Part shown: positions 1 through 11,926 of the stretch, one piece after another
How the letters are laid out: every line of letters starts with the position of its first letter
Numbering within the stretch: position 1 is the first letter of the stretch
Translations under genes and position numbers: made by a program
Assembly: GCF_001194135.2 (NCBI RefSeq)
Contig: NC_068989.1
Span: 29,954,079-30,000,057, forward strand
Source of the DNA: Octopus bimaculoides
Lineage: Eukaryota
Direction of reading: 5' to 3'
Length of the DNA: 45,979 bases
The notes under the pieces: model-generated
The model's input: only the letters and a program-made list of their open reading frames with translations
Databases searched by the model: none
What the model was told of the DNA's origin: nothing

Positions 1-390
1 CGATGGATGTGTAATGTCAATGTGCATACCTGACAGAGTGTAAGTATCTTGAGAGAAAAGTTGAACATAAGAAGCATCAGTTGTGGTGTGCAAGAGAGAC
101 GATTGCGCTGATATGGACATGTGGCGAGAATGGATGAGGATAGCTGCGTGAAAAAGTGCCACACCCTAGCGGTTGAGGGAACCCGTGGAAGAGGCAGGCC
201 TCGGAAGACCTGGGATGAGGTGGTGAAGCACGACCTCCGAACATTAGGCCTCAATGAGGCAATGACTTGTGACTGTGACCTTTGGAAATATGCTGTGCGT
301 GAGAAGACCCTGCAAGCCAAGTGAGATCAAAATCCAAGGCCTCTGCCAGGAATGTAGCAAGCCCACTTACGCGTAACATTCCTTCATTGG

Positions 391-510
391 ACACTAAACT
401 CCACTTGTGAAGACATGGTGAGGCAAGTGAAATCGAAATCGAACTAAATTTGTAGGAACACTAAACTCGGCTTGCGAAGACCTGTTGGAGCAAGCGAAAG
501 CGAAATTGTG
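391..510 (+). repeat. Diverged 67-bp-period tandem duplication in the RTE 3' UTR
   Basis: acactaaactccacttgtgaagac...gaaatcgaaat at 391 recurs as acactaaactcggcttgcgaagac...gaaagcgaaat at 458. Confidence 0.7.
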
Positions 511-546
511 ATGGCACCTGTACCATTGCCACTAAGAGCACCATCT

Positions 547-895
547 GAGTGCGATTGTTGCCAGAGCCGCTGTCTGGCTTCTGTGCCGGTGGCATGTAAA
601 TAGAACCAGCGTGATTGTTACCAACGTCGCCTTCCTGGCACTTGTGCCAAGTGGCATGTGAAAAGACATTCGAGCGAGATCGTTGCCAGTGCCAATGGAC
701 TGGCTCCTGTGCAGGTGACACGTAAAATACACCATTATGAGCGTGGCCGTTGCCAGTAAGACATTAAGCGAGATCGTTGCCAGTGCTGATGGACTGGCTC
801 CTGTGCAGGTGGTACGTAATATACACCATTTCGAGCATGACCGTCACCAGTACCGCCTGACTGGCCCTCGTGCCGGTTGCATGTAAAAGCACCCA
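547..895 (+). repeat. Array of about 63-bp units in the RTE 3' UTR
   Basis: Units start near 547, 608, 671, 737 (truncated), 766 and 831, with consensus gagcgNgatcgttgccagNgccgcctgactggctcctgtgccggtggcacgtaaaa. Confidence 0.8.
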
Positions 896-1344
896 CTACA
901 CTTTCGGAGTGGTTGGCGTAGAAACTCTGCCAAATCAGATTGGAGCCTGGTGTCACCTACTGGTCCACCAGTCCTCAGTCAAATCGTCCAACCCATGCTA
1001 GCATGGAAAGCAGATGTTAAACGACGATGATGATGATGATGATGATATATACACACACACACACACACACACTCTTACACTCATATTACATACATATATA
1101 CATACACTCTTGCACTGATATACATACATATATACACACACAGAGAGCACATTCACACAATTAAAAAGGAAAAAGGAAAAAATATCTATAAAAAATAAAA
1201 AATAAAAAATAAAAAATTAATGGAAGTTAAACATATGAGAAAGCTTGTCCAGGAACATAGTAAAAATGTGGATTCTAACTGTGATCTTGGGTGGTCCAAA
1301 ACTGTAACAGGTATTTTGTGACATGTCAACATGATCCAACAATT

Positions 1345-1488
1345 TCAGTTCTTGAATTTAGACATGTAGTGGGGGTCCAATGAACTTTTCCAGATGAGCC
1401 ATCTTTTCATGTTACAAAGACTGCACTTATCACTACCGTTGGCTAAGATCTTCCAGTAAATCCTGTAGTTGACACCTTGTTCTTTTAA
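1345..1488 (-). mobile_element. Penelope-like element fragment (GIY-YIG endonuclease C-terminus)
   Basis: LKEQGVNYRIYWKILANGSDKCSLCNMKRWLI resembles LK..G....I.W.I....NGS..C.LC and parallels 4353-4703. Runs into a gap. Confidence 0.65.
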
Positions 1489-1588
1489 NNNNNNNNNNNN
1501 NNNNNNNNNNNNNNNNNNNNNNNNNNNNNNNNNNNNNNNNNNNNNNNNNNNNNNNNNNNNNNNNNNNNNNNNNNNNNNNNNNNNNNNN
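1489..1588. other. Assembly gap (100 N)
   Basis: Run of N. Confidence 1.
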
Positions 1589-2055
1589 TATATATATACA
1601 TATATATATACACACATGCATACACACATGCACTCACACACATATATACACCCACATATATTCCTGCTACATATTCGCACACACATTAGTGGTAATTTAA
1701 TTACAGAGTGGACAGGATAATTCTGAACTATATAAAATTATACAGATCAGATATGGTTAAATTAAATGAGAAAAACCCCAGAAAGTATGGGCAAGAAAAT
1801 ACTTTGTTATTGGTATGTAAGTGCATATATATACACAAATACATTCACACACACACATGCATGCACATATACACGCACACACATACATGTTTACACACAC
1901 ACATACATGTTCACACACACACATACATGTTCACACACATATATCTCCATATATTCATACATGCTCAGACTCGCATACACACATATAGATCCATAAACAT
2001 ATTCATTCACATACATATATTCATAGGTATACAGGTATACATATACATATATATA

Positions 2056-2263
2056 CAGTAATCCTTTGACTATCATGGGTGAAACCCCACGATGGGTGAA
2101 AATCAGTGAAGTAGAAACAGTACTGTACTGTATATTTTTTTTTATTATCTTTATAATTTGAATATATACATTTTATTATAAATGCAAAAGAACCCAACAG
2201 GAATCGACGTAAGTTTAAATAATAACTGCGATAGGTGAACCGTGATATAGCAAGGCATTACTG
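2056..2263. mobile_element. MITE with CAGTA termini and TA target duplication (Tc1/mariner-pogo/Tigger-like)
   Basis: Left end ta|cagtaatcctttgactatc and right end gatatagcaaggcattactg|ta form imperfect terminal inverted repeats. Confidence 0.65.
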
Positions 2264-2594
2264 TACATACATATATACAAAAATAAAAATACACATATGC
2301 ACTCATACATACATACGCACATGCAGATACTGACATGTACATATATACACTGCTGCACTTACATATAAATCTATCCATACGCATATATACCCACACGCGA
2401 ACTCAAACACACACACACACACACACATATCTGTGCACATGCATGTATACAAATATACACATTTACATACACACATATATACACACATAGATATACATAC
2501 ACATACAGACACATATACATACGTATATATGCACACACACACACAGCTACATATGTGTACATATCTACACATATATACACATACACATATACAA

Positions 2595-2658
<64 letters not shown>

Positions 2659-2830
2659 ACACATACATACATACACATACATATATGTACATATGCACAT
2701 ACACACATATACATTTTCACAGATATACACCCATACACATGTATATACATATACCCACATATACATAGACACACATTTATGCAATATATGTATGTGTGTA
2801 TCTGTTGTACTTTGTTGAATTTACCTGTAA

Positions 2831-3021
2831 TTTACCTTTGCGACAAAAATTATGAAACAAATTTGGTTAAAAACCTGTGTTCCAAAAATCACACAAATAT
2901 GTTGATAAATAAAAAAAGTTAGAGTTTTATAAAACCAGTCTAAATACACAAACATTTTAGAATTTAACTGAAACACATAAGGGGTGTATTTTGGCTTGCA
3001 GTACAGTAATGAAAGGGTTAA
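2831..3021. mobile_element. Possible piggyBac-type MITE remnant
   Basis: Right end gaaagggTTAA is piggyBac-like. The left end (tttacctttgcg) matches only weakly. Confidence 0.3.
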
Positions 3022-3096
3022 AAGTATGGCCACATTTCCACTGCATCATCTTACAATATTGACTTGGCTATCTTTACAACTATCTTCTTATTTTAG

Positions 3097-3198
3097 CATG
3101 TTTTCTGTGGACATGAATATACTGTAAATAACCTCAAGTTTGCGGCTCATGTTGAGCCCCAAAATGAAGCTGTTCAAGAAAAGGCATTGTGGGCAAAG
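3097..3198 (+). CDS. HAGH: Glyoxalase II (hydroxyacylglutathione hydrolase), internal coding exon
   Basis: Boundaries ttttag|CAT...AAG|gttagt, 102 nt, phase 0/0. Encodes [34 protein letters not shown], matching recalled human GLX2 [34 protein letters not shown] including the GHEY motif. Upstream exons not found in the window. Confidence 0.93.
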
Positions 3199-4329
3199 GT
3201 TAGTAGTTAATTTTACTATATTGTAATGTTTTAGTGTAGCTGTGTTTGTTATTTTGCCTTTAATAAGCATGTGCCCTATTGGTTATCTGGTTATGCTATA
3301 TTTATGTATTTACTTGTTACCAGGCTTTTGTCACAAGTTATAGATTTTTTTCAATACTTACCAAAAATTATTTGTCTACTTGATTAATAAAGTTAGTAAA
3401 AGTGTATGAATTGAGAAGCATCTGGGCATTAGGAGAATTGGTTAGTTCCTCAAGCAGTATAATGTAAATAGATGGATGTTACATGCTAAGTGAAAATGTT
3501 TTCAGTGTTTAGTTATGTTCCCTTACCAAAAGGTATTGAATTTTGGAACCATCTGGGAAAGTGATGAAGACATATAAATACATAGGTCCACTAGATAAAG
3601 TCAATAAAAAGATGATTTTGTTGCAAGATTTGTGATTTATTTAAAGATGTTAAAAATGTGAAAATGGATGCAAAAAATGTGGTGATGATGATAAAAGTAA
3701 TTTGTTATGTGTTATGTGGTTAAAGATCTCAACAGGATTCCCTGGATTATTAACTTACTCTTTTCTATTTTTTAGTGAAGCAAAATTTTGATTAGTTCAT
3801 CATTAAATGTCATGTGTTCAAATGCTGAAAGTCAAGCTCATGTACAGGGACATGGCATATGATGAAGATCAGATTCTAGATAATTCATAAGAATTCCTTT
3901 TTGAATAATGAAAATGAAGTTAACATTCTGGAAAATAAGTCCTTCAATAATAAACAGAGGTTGATTAAATATAATAGTATTTCTGTGTGTGTGTGTGTGT
4001 ATGTATATGTAGTCAATAAAACATATCAGAAAAGAAGCACACTCTAAAGAATAGAGCAGCAATTGTTAAAACAAAAAGTTAAATTCTGGTCATAGAGTTA
4101 CCAAAAGTTTCATATCCATGAAAGCCACAGCCTTGTGGACAGCTTGTCAGACTCTATACAAAGACAAAAAATTAAACTTTCTACCACGCAGACATGAGGA
4201 AATGCACAGATATTGAGATTTAATGGTTAGCGTAAAAACATTAGTGAGGACAGGTTATCTCCCTTGGACCTGAGGATGCAAAACCCTTACAGGCCTCAAA
4301 TAGCCTAAATAGCCTAAATGGACACATTT

Positions 4330-5000
4330 AGAGAAAACTTCCTTACAACTATTTAACACAGCAGTTTAGCATCGTCCTTAAGAACTTTGGTTCTCTCTGC
4401 GAAGCAGATTTTGCAACAGGCACTCCCATTAACATATGGGCTTGGATGTTCTATCATTTTCCACTTGATATTACATGGAGTCCCTTGATCTTTGAGGTGC
4501 CTCACATGGCTGGCCAGCGTCATGACAAAGCATCTTTCTGGGACTCTGAAGGAAGACTGGTGGTTATGGAAGCAACATTTGAAAGATGTACTGGCCGATC
4601 CGATATATTTACAAACTTGAGATGTGGCTATATTTGCATTCTTGGTATATCTCTGGTAGGCTCCATGCCTGGGGGACGCTGTTGGTAACATAATTGCTGA
4701 CATTGTTGATATGGTGCAATGATCCAGTATTTCTGGTTGATGATGTAGCTGCCAGCGTTAGTGTGGGTGCAGCTGATGGCAGCATATGGTGTGGTGCCAA
4801 TCATCCCATCGGTGTTGATGATAATTGTTTGGTCATTGTTTGGTGAGTCTGCCATATTCACTCAAGTACTCCTGAGTCAGATACGTAGTTTAGACATTGG
4901 GTTTTATACCTACTACATTGAAGTTAGTGTATTGCAGGAACATGTGTTTTGGTAAGAAGTACTTAGGATTATTTCTAGGAAGATCTGCACATAACATTTG
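4330..5000 (-). mobile_element. Degenerate Penelope-like element (GIY-YIG region) in an HAGH intron
   Basis: KYIGSASTSFKCCFHNHQSSF...LKDQGTPCNIKWKMIEHPSPYVNGSACCKIC matches the PLE endonuclease pattern YIG.....FK.R..NH..SF. Boundaries approximate. Confidence 0.75.
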
Positions 5001-5544
5001 GTGCACTGTGTATGGAAATAATTTATGTTTGGTAAAAAGGAGTCCAAGGGCTAAATGTTTGTATAAGTGAAATACAATAAGCAAATTCAAAGAAGTAGCC
5101 TCTTCATTGCAGAAGAGTTTGTAAAAACTTCAAGTATACTGATAAGCTATGTACAAAAGAGATGAGTACTTAATAGGAGAGTATATTACAATATTTGCCT
5201 ACTGAGGAAGTTAAGATGATATCCACTATGTAGAAATGAACTTTTTAAAAATTTAAATACCAGAACACTTGTTAGTTTAATGTTGAGAAGTGCATCCTGT
5301 CCATGAAAAGATTTTAGAATTAACAAATAATGAAAAGCTTATATATGATCATTAGCTGTAATTATTTCGAAAATCATGAAGTTATTGCTTCAGTTGTGTT
5401 AAATGGATAAGTAAATTACTCTTTGAATTTGATTCATATAATATTCTCCAAAAGATTATACTTTACAGATATGTTAACTGAGGATGTAGAATTAAGTAAA
5501 TATCTGAGATTAGTTGTTCTTAATAATTCTTTTTTTTTTAAATA

Positions 5545-5750
5545 TTAAGTTCGTGGTTAGGATGTAGCATTCATTGTCTTACAACCATGATTTCAATTAC
5601 TGAACCTGGATGTGCATTGTGTTTTTGTCCATTCAGCTGTAATTGAGTTCCTGCAATAGCTGGGAAGTTAATTCTGTGACAGACTGACTTCTCATCCAGT
5701 GGGAAGTGTTGTAATCTCAGCCATTTATATGCCATTGAAAGCAGGTTAAG
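5545..5750 (+). mobile_element. Degenerate tRNA-derived SINE
   Basis: gtggttagg (A-box-like), gatttcaattac (B-box-like) and a central tccattcagctgtaattgag block. Confidence 0.4.
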
Positions 5751-6155
5751 CTTCAGCTTTATTATAGTCATAAGGACATGACAGGCCTCTTCTTTAGAGA
5801 AGAAAATTTTTCTATAGGTTGATTAATATTCAAGTCTATCATATATCTTATTTCTGTAACTGTGCATCCAAGAATAAGACATTTGATCCAAGATCAAATT
5901 GTTTAGAGGTGTAGTTTCATCATGTAGTCTTGGGTTGAAAAATTAAAGTTGTTTAGACTAAACTAGATTGAAATGCTATGAAATGCATTAAACTGCTGAT
6001 CTTACACCTTACCCATTTGGCCATTTTTACCTCTACAAAGTTATAATTGTAATTATATGAAAGTCTATGTATAAGTTAAAAAATGTAGACTTGATTTTGT
6101 TAAACAGAAAGGATATCTTTAGCTTTTTACAGTAATATTCTATTATTTATCATAG

Positions 6156-6235
6156 GAGCAAAGGTCTCAGAGCAAGCCAACCATTCCATCAACAATTGGA
6201 GAAGAGCTTCTATTTAACCCATTTATGCGAGTCAG
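6156..6235 (+). CDS. HAGH: Glyoxalase II, penultimate coding exon
   Basis: Boundaries catag|GAG...TCAG|gtaaat, 80 nt, phase 0/2. Encodes EQRSQSKPTIPSTIGEELLFNPFMRV(R), matching GLX2 [21 protein letters not shown]. Phases fit both neighbouring exons. Confidence 0.93.
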
Positions 6236-6339
6236 GTAAATATGACTATTTTTCTGACTAGTTTATACTTGAGTTTTATGAGTCTTCTGGATGATATATG
6301 TCCAGGAGGAAGGGGTGATTTGATTGAATCTTGGTCAGA

Positions 6340-6600
6340 TTTTCCAGCCATGTGTGTTCAGATGTTCAATCAGTAAATTAGTGTGTAAGTGGCTGAGTAT
6401 TCCACAAGCATAGGTACCTGTAATTTTGAAATGGAATCATCACAACAGGCTGTGACAGCTATAATCTATTCAACAAGCTTCTATGCAATTTCTATCTTCA
6501 CAGTTTTACTCACAAGTCTGTAAAATGTAGCATTTACCTAAGATGCTATGCAGTGGTGAATTTGAGACTAAGACCTTGTGATTGTGAAGTAAACATTTTT
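6340..6600 (-). mobile_element. Degenerate SINE fragments
   Basis: The reverse complement of 6478-6600 resembles the head of the SINE at 39286. Boundaries approximate. Confidence 0.4.
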
Positions 6601-7249
6601 TTATCCCATGATATTGGTTGATGTACATCTATGGGCATTGTGTACTTGCTTTAAATTGGATGGCATAAATATAAACAACCTTATCCGTCCCAGTTTTTGT
6701 ACTAGTTGACATAAATATCTGCTATTACTCATGGAGTCAATAATAGATATCACTGTGAAAATTTCAAAAGAATCTGTAAGGTTTGTTAGATTCTTCATGT
6801 AAATATTTCCAACTCGATTTGAGGCTCATCACCATAATAGTATAAAAACTGTGGCTTTGGCAGCTACACAACCATTTCCACTATAGCTTCTTTAATTCTT
6901 CCGGTTCTTCATGGAATTTGCTGTCATTGTCACATCCAGCTCTGCCAGTTTTGTTGAATTTACAGTCCTTGCATTCATCTTCATGTCCAGCTATGCCAGC
7001 TTCACGTTCATCTTCACATTCAGCTACATTGGCTTCACATTTGTCTTCTTGTCCATCTATGCCAGCTTTGACACCAGGTTCATCAGGACTATAAATTCAT
7101 TGAATTTATGGTCCATGTCATATTTGTCATCATGTCCATGTATGCCAAATTCTTCTGCTTCAACATCACATGGTGAGTCCTCAATAGTTGGTTCTGGACT
7201 ATTTAGACTCCGAGAGTAATTTGGACTATTCAGACTCCAAGAGTAATTA

Positions 7250-8770
7250 TTTGCCCAGTAGACTGGGTGATTCTGATTCCAGTAGCAGTGACAAATATCT
7301 TATGTCAGGGGCAGGAGGGCAGCAGTGCATGGCCTTGCCCAACAAAATGTAGTGTGTTGAGCAATGGATAATTTTCCGTGATAGTACGGCTTTTTTGGTA
7401 CCCCTGATATAAAGGCAGATCTTCAAAATCATGAATTCATGATGGGAGAAATGTTTGAATACATGGTCGATGAAACCAATGACTATGCTGTGAATCATCC
7501 TCAGAATGCAAGGCCCAGACAAGACACTGAATGGTTTCCAACTACAGGTGATGAACTCAAAGTTTTCCTTGCATCATTCATCCTCATGAGTATTATGTAG
7601 AAACCAATGTTCAATTCATTTTGGAGCAGAGTTCCCACGAATGAAACGCCTTTCTTTGCTGATGTCACATGATCAGCTTTTAGCACTGCTGGAAAACCTT
7701 CAATTTATCTCTGGCAGCAACAACAATGACAGGCTTCACAAAATTCATCCTATCATTGATGAAATTGCAGAAAATTTCAGAACTGTTTATTTACCCACGC
7801 AAAACATTTTCACTGGTGAAAGTCTGTAGAAGTTCAAGGTGTGGCTGAAATTCAAGCAGTACAATCCTAGTACATGTGCCCACTTTGAGATAAAAATTTA
7901 TAAGGCATGTCATTTGCCTGGTGCAACTGCAGCTATACTTGAAACTATGAAATATACATTAAAGATAAATTGGACATTCTATCATCCACAAATGTTGTCT
8001 TGTCACTGAATGAGTTGATGGATAAAGGATACAATATTCATTTATATGGACAACTGGTTTTCCAGTCCTGACCTCTTTCTTCAGCTGGAAAACAATCACC
8101 TGTGGGACCATGCATACCTTCAGAAAAAAATACTGCCTAAACTTCACAGTGCAAAACTTTGCAAAGGCCAACCACTGACAGTGGTATTATGTGCCATCCA
8201 CCGACAGTGGTATTATGACATTGGAGTAGAGAGACAAGTAAAATGTTTGTTTGTTGTTCACCATGCATTCTGCTAGCATATCTGACACTGGCAAATGAGG
8301 CAAGACTGGAAATCCAGTAATGAAACCAACTGTGGTGTTGGCATACAATCATGTGACAGTGGTGCTGATCATTCCACTGAACTGACATCAACACACAAAT
8401 CAGTGTGCAAATTCATGAAATGGTATGAGAAACTTTTTCATATGTGATGGACTAATAAATTCATTTTTGATATGGTAAATGCTTGGCATTGTGGGTGATA
8501 GTCTAACATTCCATGAGTTTCTTACAAAAGAAATAATAGATGTTTCAAATTTTCCACCACACAGATAACAAAGGTGTCTACATACTTGTTCTTCCCTGTG
8601 CTTAATTATCAAGGGATGTGGACATTTCCCCACTTCAATGTTGCCAACTGAAAAAAGAAGAATGTATCAAAATGATGTGCAGTAAGAGGAGACAAGATGT
8701 ACAGACTGTCATGGCCCATTATGTATTACACCCTGTTTTCAGATTTACCATACCAATGTAAATTTTTGAT
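7250..8770 (+). mobile_element. Degenerate piggyBac transposase in the last HAGH intron
   Basis: DRLHKIHPIIDEIAENFRTVYLPTQNIFTGESL, MDNWFSSPDLF and a C-terminal Cys-rich RCTDCHGPLCITPCFQIYHT segment. Many stops and frameshifts. TIRs and TTAA not identified. Confidence 0.85.
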
Positions 8771-10605
8771 GTTTTTTAAACCAATATACACTGTTTGTCT
8801 GACTTACACTGTTGGGTGATCTTATTCCCACAGTAATAACAGTGATTACAGTTTACTAAGCAGTACTTCTTTTAAAGTGGTTGATGTAAATATATGCTGA
8901 ACCATTGTCGTGCACTGAGTGCTGACCTCAGCTGAGACAATTACCATTGGTATAGCCTAGTTGCCTGATAAATGACCATTGTCATTGGATTTACCATTCA
9001 ATCATCCTGCACTTACAAATATATGTATGCATATAATCCAAATATTTACCTCAGGAAGTACTCCCATGGACAGCTTTTACCTGAAAATTGTGAAAGGGGA
9101 ATATCTGCCAAGAAAACCTGCTGCTTTGACTCAACAGAAAACCCCTAAGTTCTATTACTGTTATAGAATATGAATAACAAAAATTGAAAATTGGTGATAT
9201 TACTTTTATTTCATGGTTGACAATTGTTTCGACAATTCCATTTTCACTATTCTTACGTTATGCCTATTCTCACATGTCTATTAATGATGATCAAGTCATG
9301 CATTCTATGGACATAGCTATCCATGGAATTGTTTATTGTGTATTTATAAAAACAATACATAGAAATGACCAGCTTGTCTTGCTTGAATGCAAAATATTTA
9401 GCATTGATCAAAATAGGTGGTGTCAAAATTTAGAATTTTATCAAGAAATTGAAAAAAGAAGAAAAAAAAGAAAAAGAAAATAATTAAGAAGCAAGTCAAT
9501 TGTCTCTTGATACCTTAAAGCTAGAATCAATTCTATGCCTAGCAAACCTCATGCTATATCAGTCTGCCAGATACAGATTTGGTCAGCAAACTCATACCAC
9601 ACAATGATATGAAGTTACTTTCTCGTCATCATTGAAGCATTTCCCTTTTTGGATTATAGACTTTGTTTATAGATCCAACAATAAGTTTTTTATTGGTAAG
9701 ACATATACATAAACAATTAATGCTAAAAATTATACAGGCATACACACACATACTCACATGTAATGCTGTATATATATCTATGTATACACACATACAACAC
9801 TATTTTTCATTCCATAAGCCTGGATATATTTAAATAAGTGTTTAAGCATGCCCACGTGCATACAAATTTATGTCTGCATATACTCAAACAAGTTCATGCA
9901 CACTGATAAATGTATGTACATTTATATACGCATACAAAACATATATACACACATATATATATAAAGAGAACACAAATAGGACTTAAAATTTACAATAGCT
10001 GTTTTGGTAGAAAGTTATTGATGTATTCATAGATTACATCATCAATACATATAATATGCTATGTACTTTCTTTTAGTTATATTTTAGCGTTGAATTTATT
10101 CTAATTTACAAGATTTATACTTTCTAAATCATTCAACATAAGCTGGAGTCATTCTGTTTATTTTTTCCATTTTTTTAAAATGAAGAACACTGATCAACAC
10201 ATTTTTATTAACAACATTAAAAGTTTAAAAGATCAAATTATCAAGAAAAAGAAAAGATAAAAATATCCAGCAGCATTTCTACTCTCTTGTTAGAACAACA
10301 TCTTTACTTAGTTGTTCTGTTTGTCTTTTGTATTTGAAAGTTCATCCTAATGCTTAACTAAAAATGAAGATATATGTGTAGAGATCTCGTTTGGCCCTGT
10401 CTGCCTGAGATTTGAAATTGAATCTAGAAATTCTCCCAAGCTATATGACCTATTGTCCTGTTGAAAGGGAATGCTGATTAATGCATTTTCTGTTTGACCC
10501 ATGACATTGCTATATCATAGAAAGTAAACAAGCGTGACCTATATTAATTTAGCTATAGTTAAAACAGTGTATCCATTTTCCTAGCTAGTCTGTATCATTG
10601 TAAAT

Positions 10606-10760
10606 ACTAGTAGTTTAAAAAGAAAGATCAGTTAGTGAGAGCGACTGGCAGAGAGGAAGCTGACCGGCTGAATGAAACACTGTCTCGACTGAAGTAACAT
10701 CACAGAGTGACAGCTATGGAATTCACCAATGATACAGTTGTCTTGTCCACCACTCTCTTA
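10606..10760 (+). repeat. Dispersed repeat, inverted partner of 17327-17446
   Basis: atcagttagtgagagcgactggcagagaggaagctga...atgatacagttgtcttgtccaccactctctta is the reverse complement of 17327-17446, apart from a ~35-bp indel and scattered substitutions. Confidence 0.85.
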
Positions 10761-11684
10761 GCCCTTCTCGCTAACTCACTTTTATTTTGACAACATCACT
10801 CTGTCTCTCTCTCTATCTGCTGCTTAAATGACCCAGGACATGTAAGTCTTATGCTATCCACTTGTTAAACTTACATTCACTCTATCTTGCTTTGATCCCT
10901 AGTTTTAGCATCAAGTAGTTAAACACGAAAACAGCAACATTCATACAGGAAAATATAACTCATATGCTTTCTGTCTGTTTTTATACACACCTGCCCGTGT
11001 GGTTAGGAAATGATTATATGTAACTGTGCAACAAAATATATGATCTACAACTTTGGCCACTGTCTATCTTTCCTGGAGTCAACATCATCATTGTCGCTTT
11101 CAACATAGACACCAATTGTTACATTCTAGTAACCACTCTGTTACATATATTACCTGAGTTAATTATCTGGATGATGTAAAATATAATAATAATTTTAATT
11201 CTGAAAAACTTCACTGTACACAAACTTGACTTTTTGTGAATGTCACTATACTGGCAGTATTTTGTGTAGCTTTTGACATAGCTGCATACATATCATGAGT
11301 GTGACAATTACTATTATTTCAGTTATGTAGCAATATTTTTATTACTTTTTTACTTTCACTTTTTCATATATGAATTGTTCGGTTTTTTTATTGTAGCATT
11401 TGGTTTTACAGCCCTTTCTACTACTCAACTAAGAAATCCATTCTCTGTTAGTCAAGCAAACTAGTGCAAAAATATTTATGCTTTGCACTATATTTTGTAT
11501 TGTATTTTGTTAATGTATTTCAGATACATTAACAAAAATAATATCCCATTTACAATTTGTACCCGCTTTTTGAGGAAGACTAAATTCTTTCATGCACACT
11601 ACAACACAAAATTTTTTGTATACTTTCACATATAATTTTAAAATTGTATTAATATATAATTTTTATTATGATTTCCTTTACCAG

Positions 11685-11775
11685 AGAGGCATCTATACAG
11701 AAGTATGCGAATCTTACTGATCCTATTGAAGTAATGAAGTTTATTCGTATAAAGAAGAATAACTTCAAAGGTTAA
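11685..11775 (+). CDS. HAGH: Glyoxalase II, terminal coding exon
   Basis: Acceptor tttaccag|A GAG, phase 2, completing AGA. Encodes EASIQKYANLTDPIEVMKFIRIKKNNFKG*, matching GLX2 [27 protein letters not shown]; the glutathione-binding R-x-x-K is retained. TAA at 11773-11775. Confidence 0.92.
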
Positions 11776-11846
11776 TATCCTTTATTTGAATTTATATGTG
11801 ACATATAACAAGCTGTTGATTTAAATTTTGTTATAATCTGTGTTTC

Positions 11847-11852
11847 AATAAA
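11847..11852 (+). promoter_or_regulatory. Probable HAGH polyadenylation signal
   Basis: AATAAA 71 nt after the stop codon, followed by T-rich sequence. Confidence 0.6.
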
Positions 11853-11926
11853 GATTTTTAAGGAATTATTTTGCCTTGGATATTCTCTTTTTTAAAAACT
11901 TTTTTGCTTCCATTTCAACAAGCACT

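Larger units (their letters stand above)
1..1046 (+). mobile_element. 3' end of an RTE-clade LINE (ORF C-terminus, about 700-nt 3' UTR, (GAT)n tail)
   Basis: GHVARMDEDSCVKKCHTLAVEGTRGRGRPRKTWDEVVKHDL is a typical RTE C-terminus. Homologous to 44930-45230. Tail aaacgacgatgatgat. Confidence 0.88.

Noticed and set aside
547-895. Regularly spaced repeats superficially like a CRISPR array
   Set aside because: Eukaryotic LINE 3' UTR. Whole units are homologous, there are no unique spacers and no cas genes.
1590-2820. Many 60-140 aa ORFs rich in H/T/Y/I or C/V/M (also 20450-20920, 22290-22660, 23889-24095, 27591-27842)
   Set aside because: They are translations of CA/TA/trinucleotide microsatellites, with no coding evidence.
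1200-3096. Search for the upstream HAGH exons (THHHWDH, GDTLF motifs)
   Set aside because: Not found in the visible sequence; they lie upstream of the window or in the gap.
7250-8770. Sense-oriented intronic piggyBac as a CSB-PGBD3-style exon trap or domesticated gene
   Set aside because: The transposase has many stops and frameshifts, and I found no convincing in-frame acceptor.
9184-9483. 99-aa hydrophobic ORF; also ORFs at 38550-38741, 41368-41724 and 12370-12644
   Set aside because: No recognisable motifs, AT-rich intronic or UTR context, several with non-ATG starts, and lengths expected by chance.
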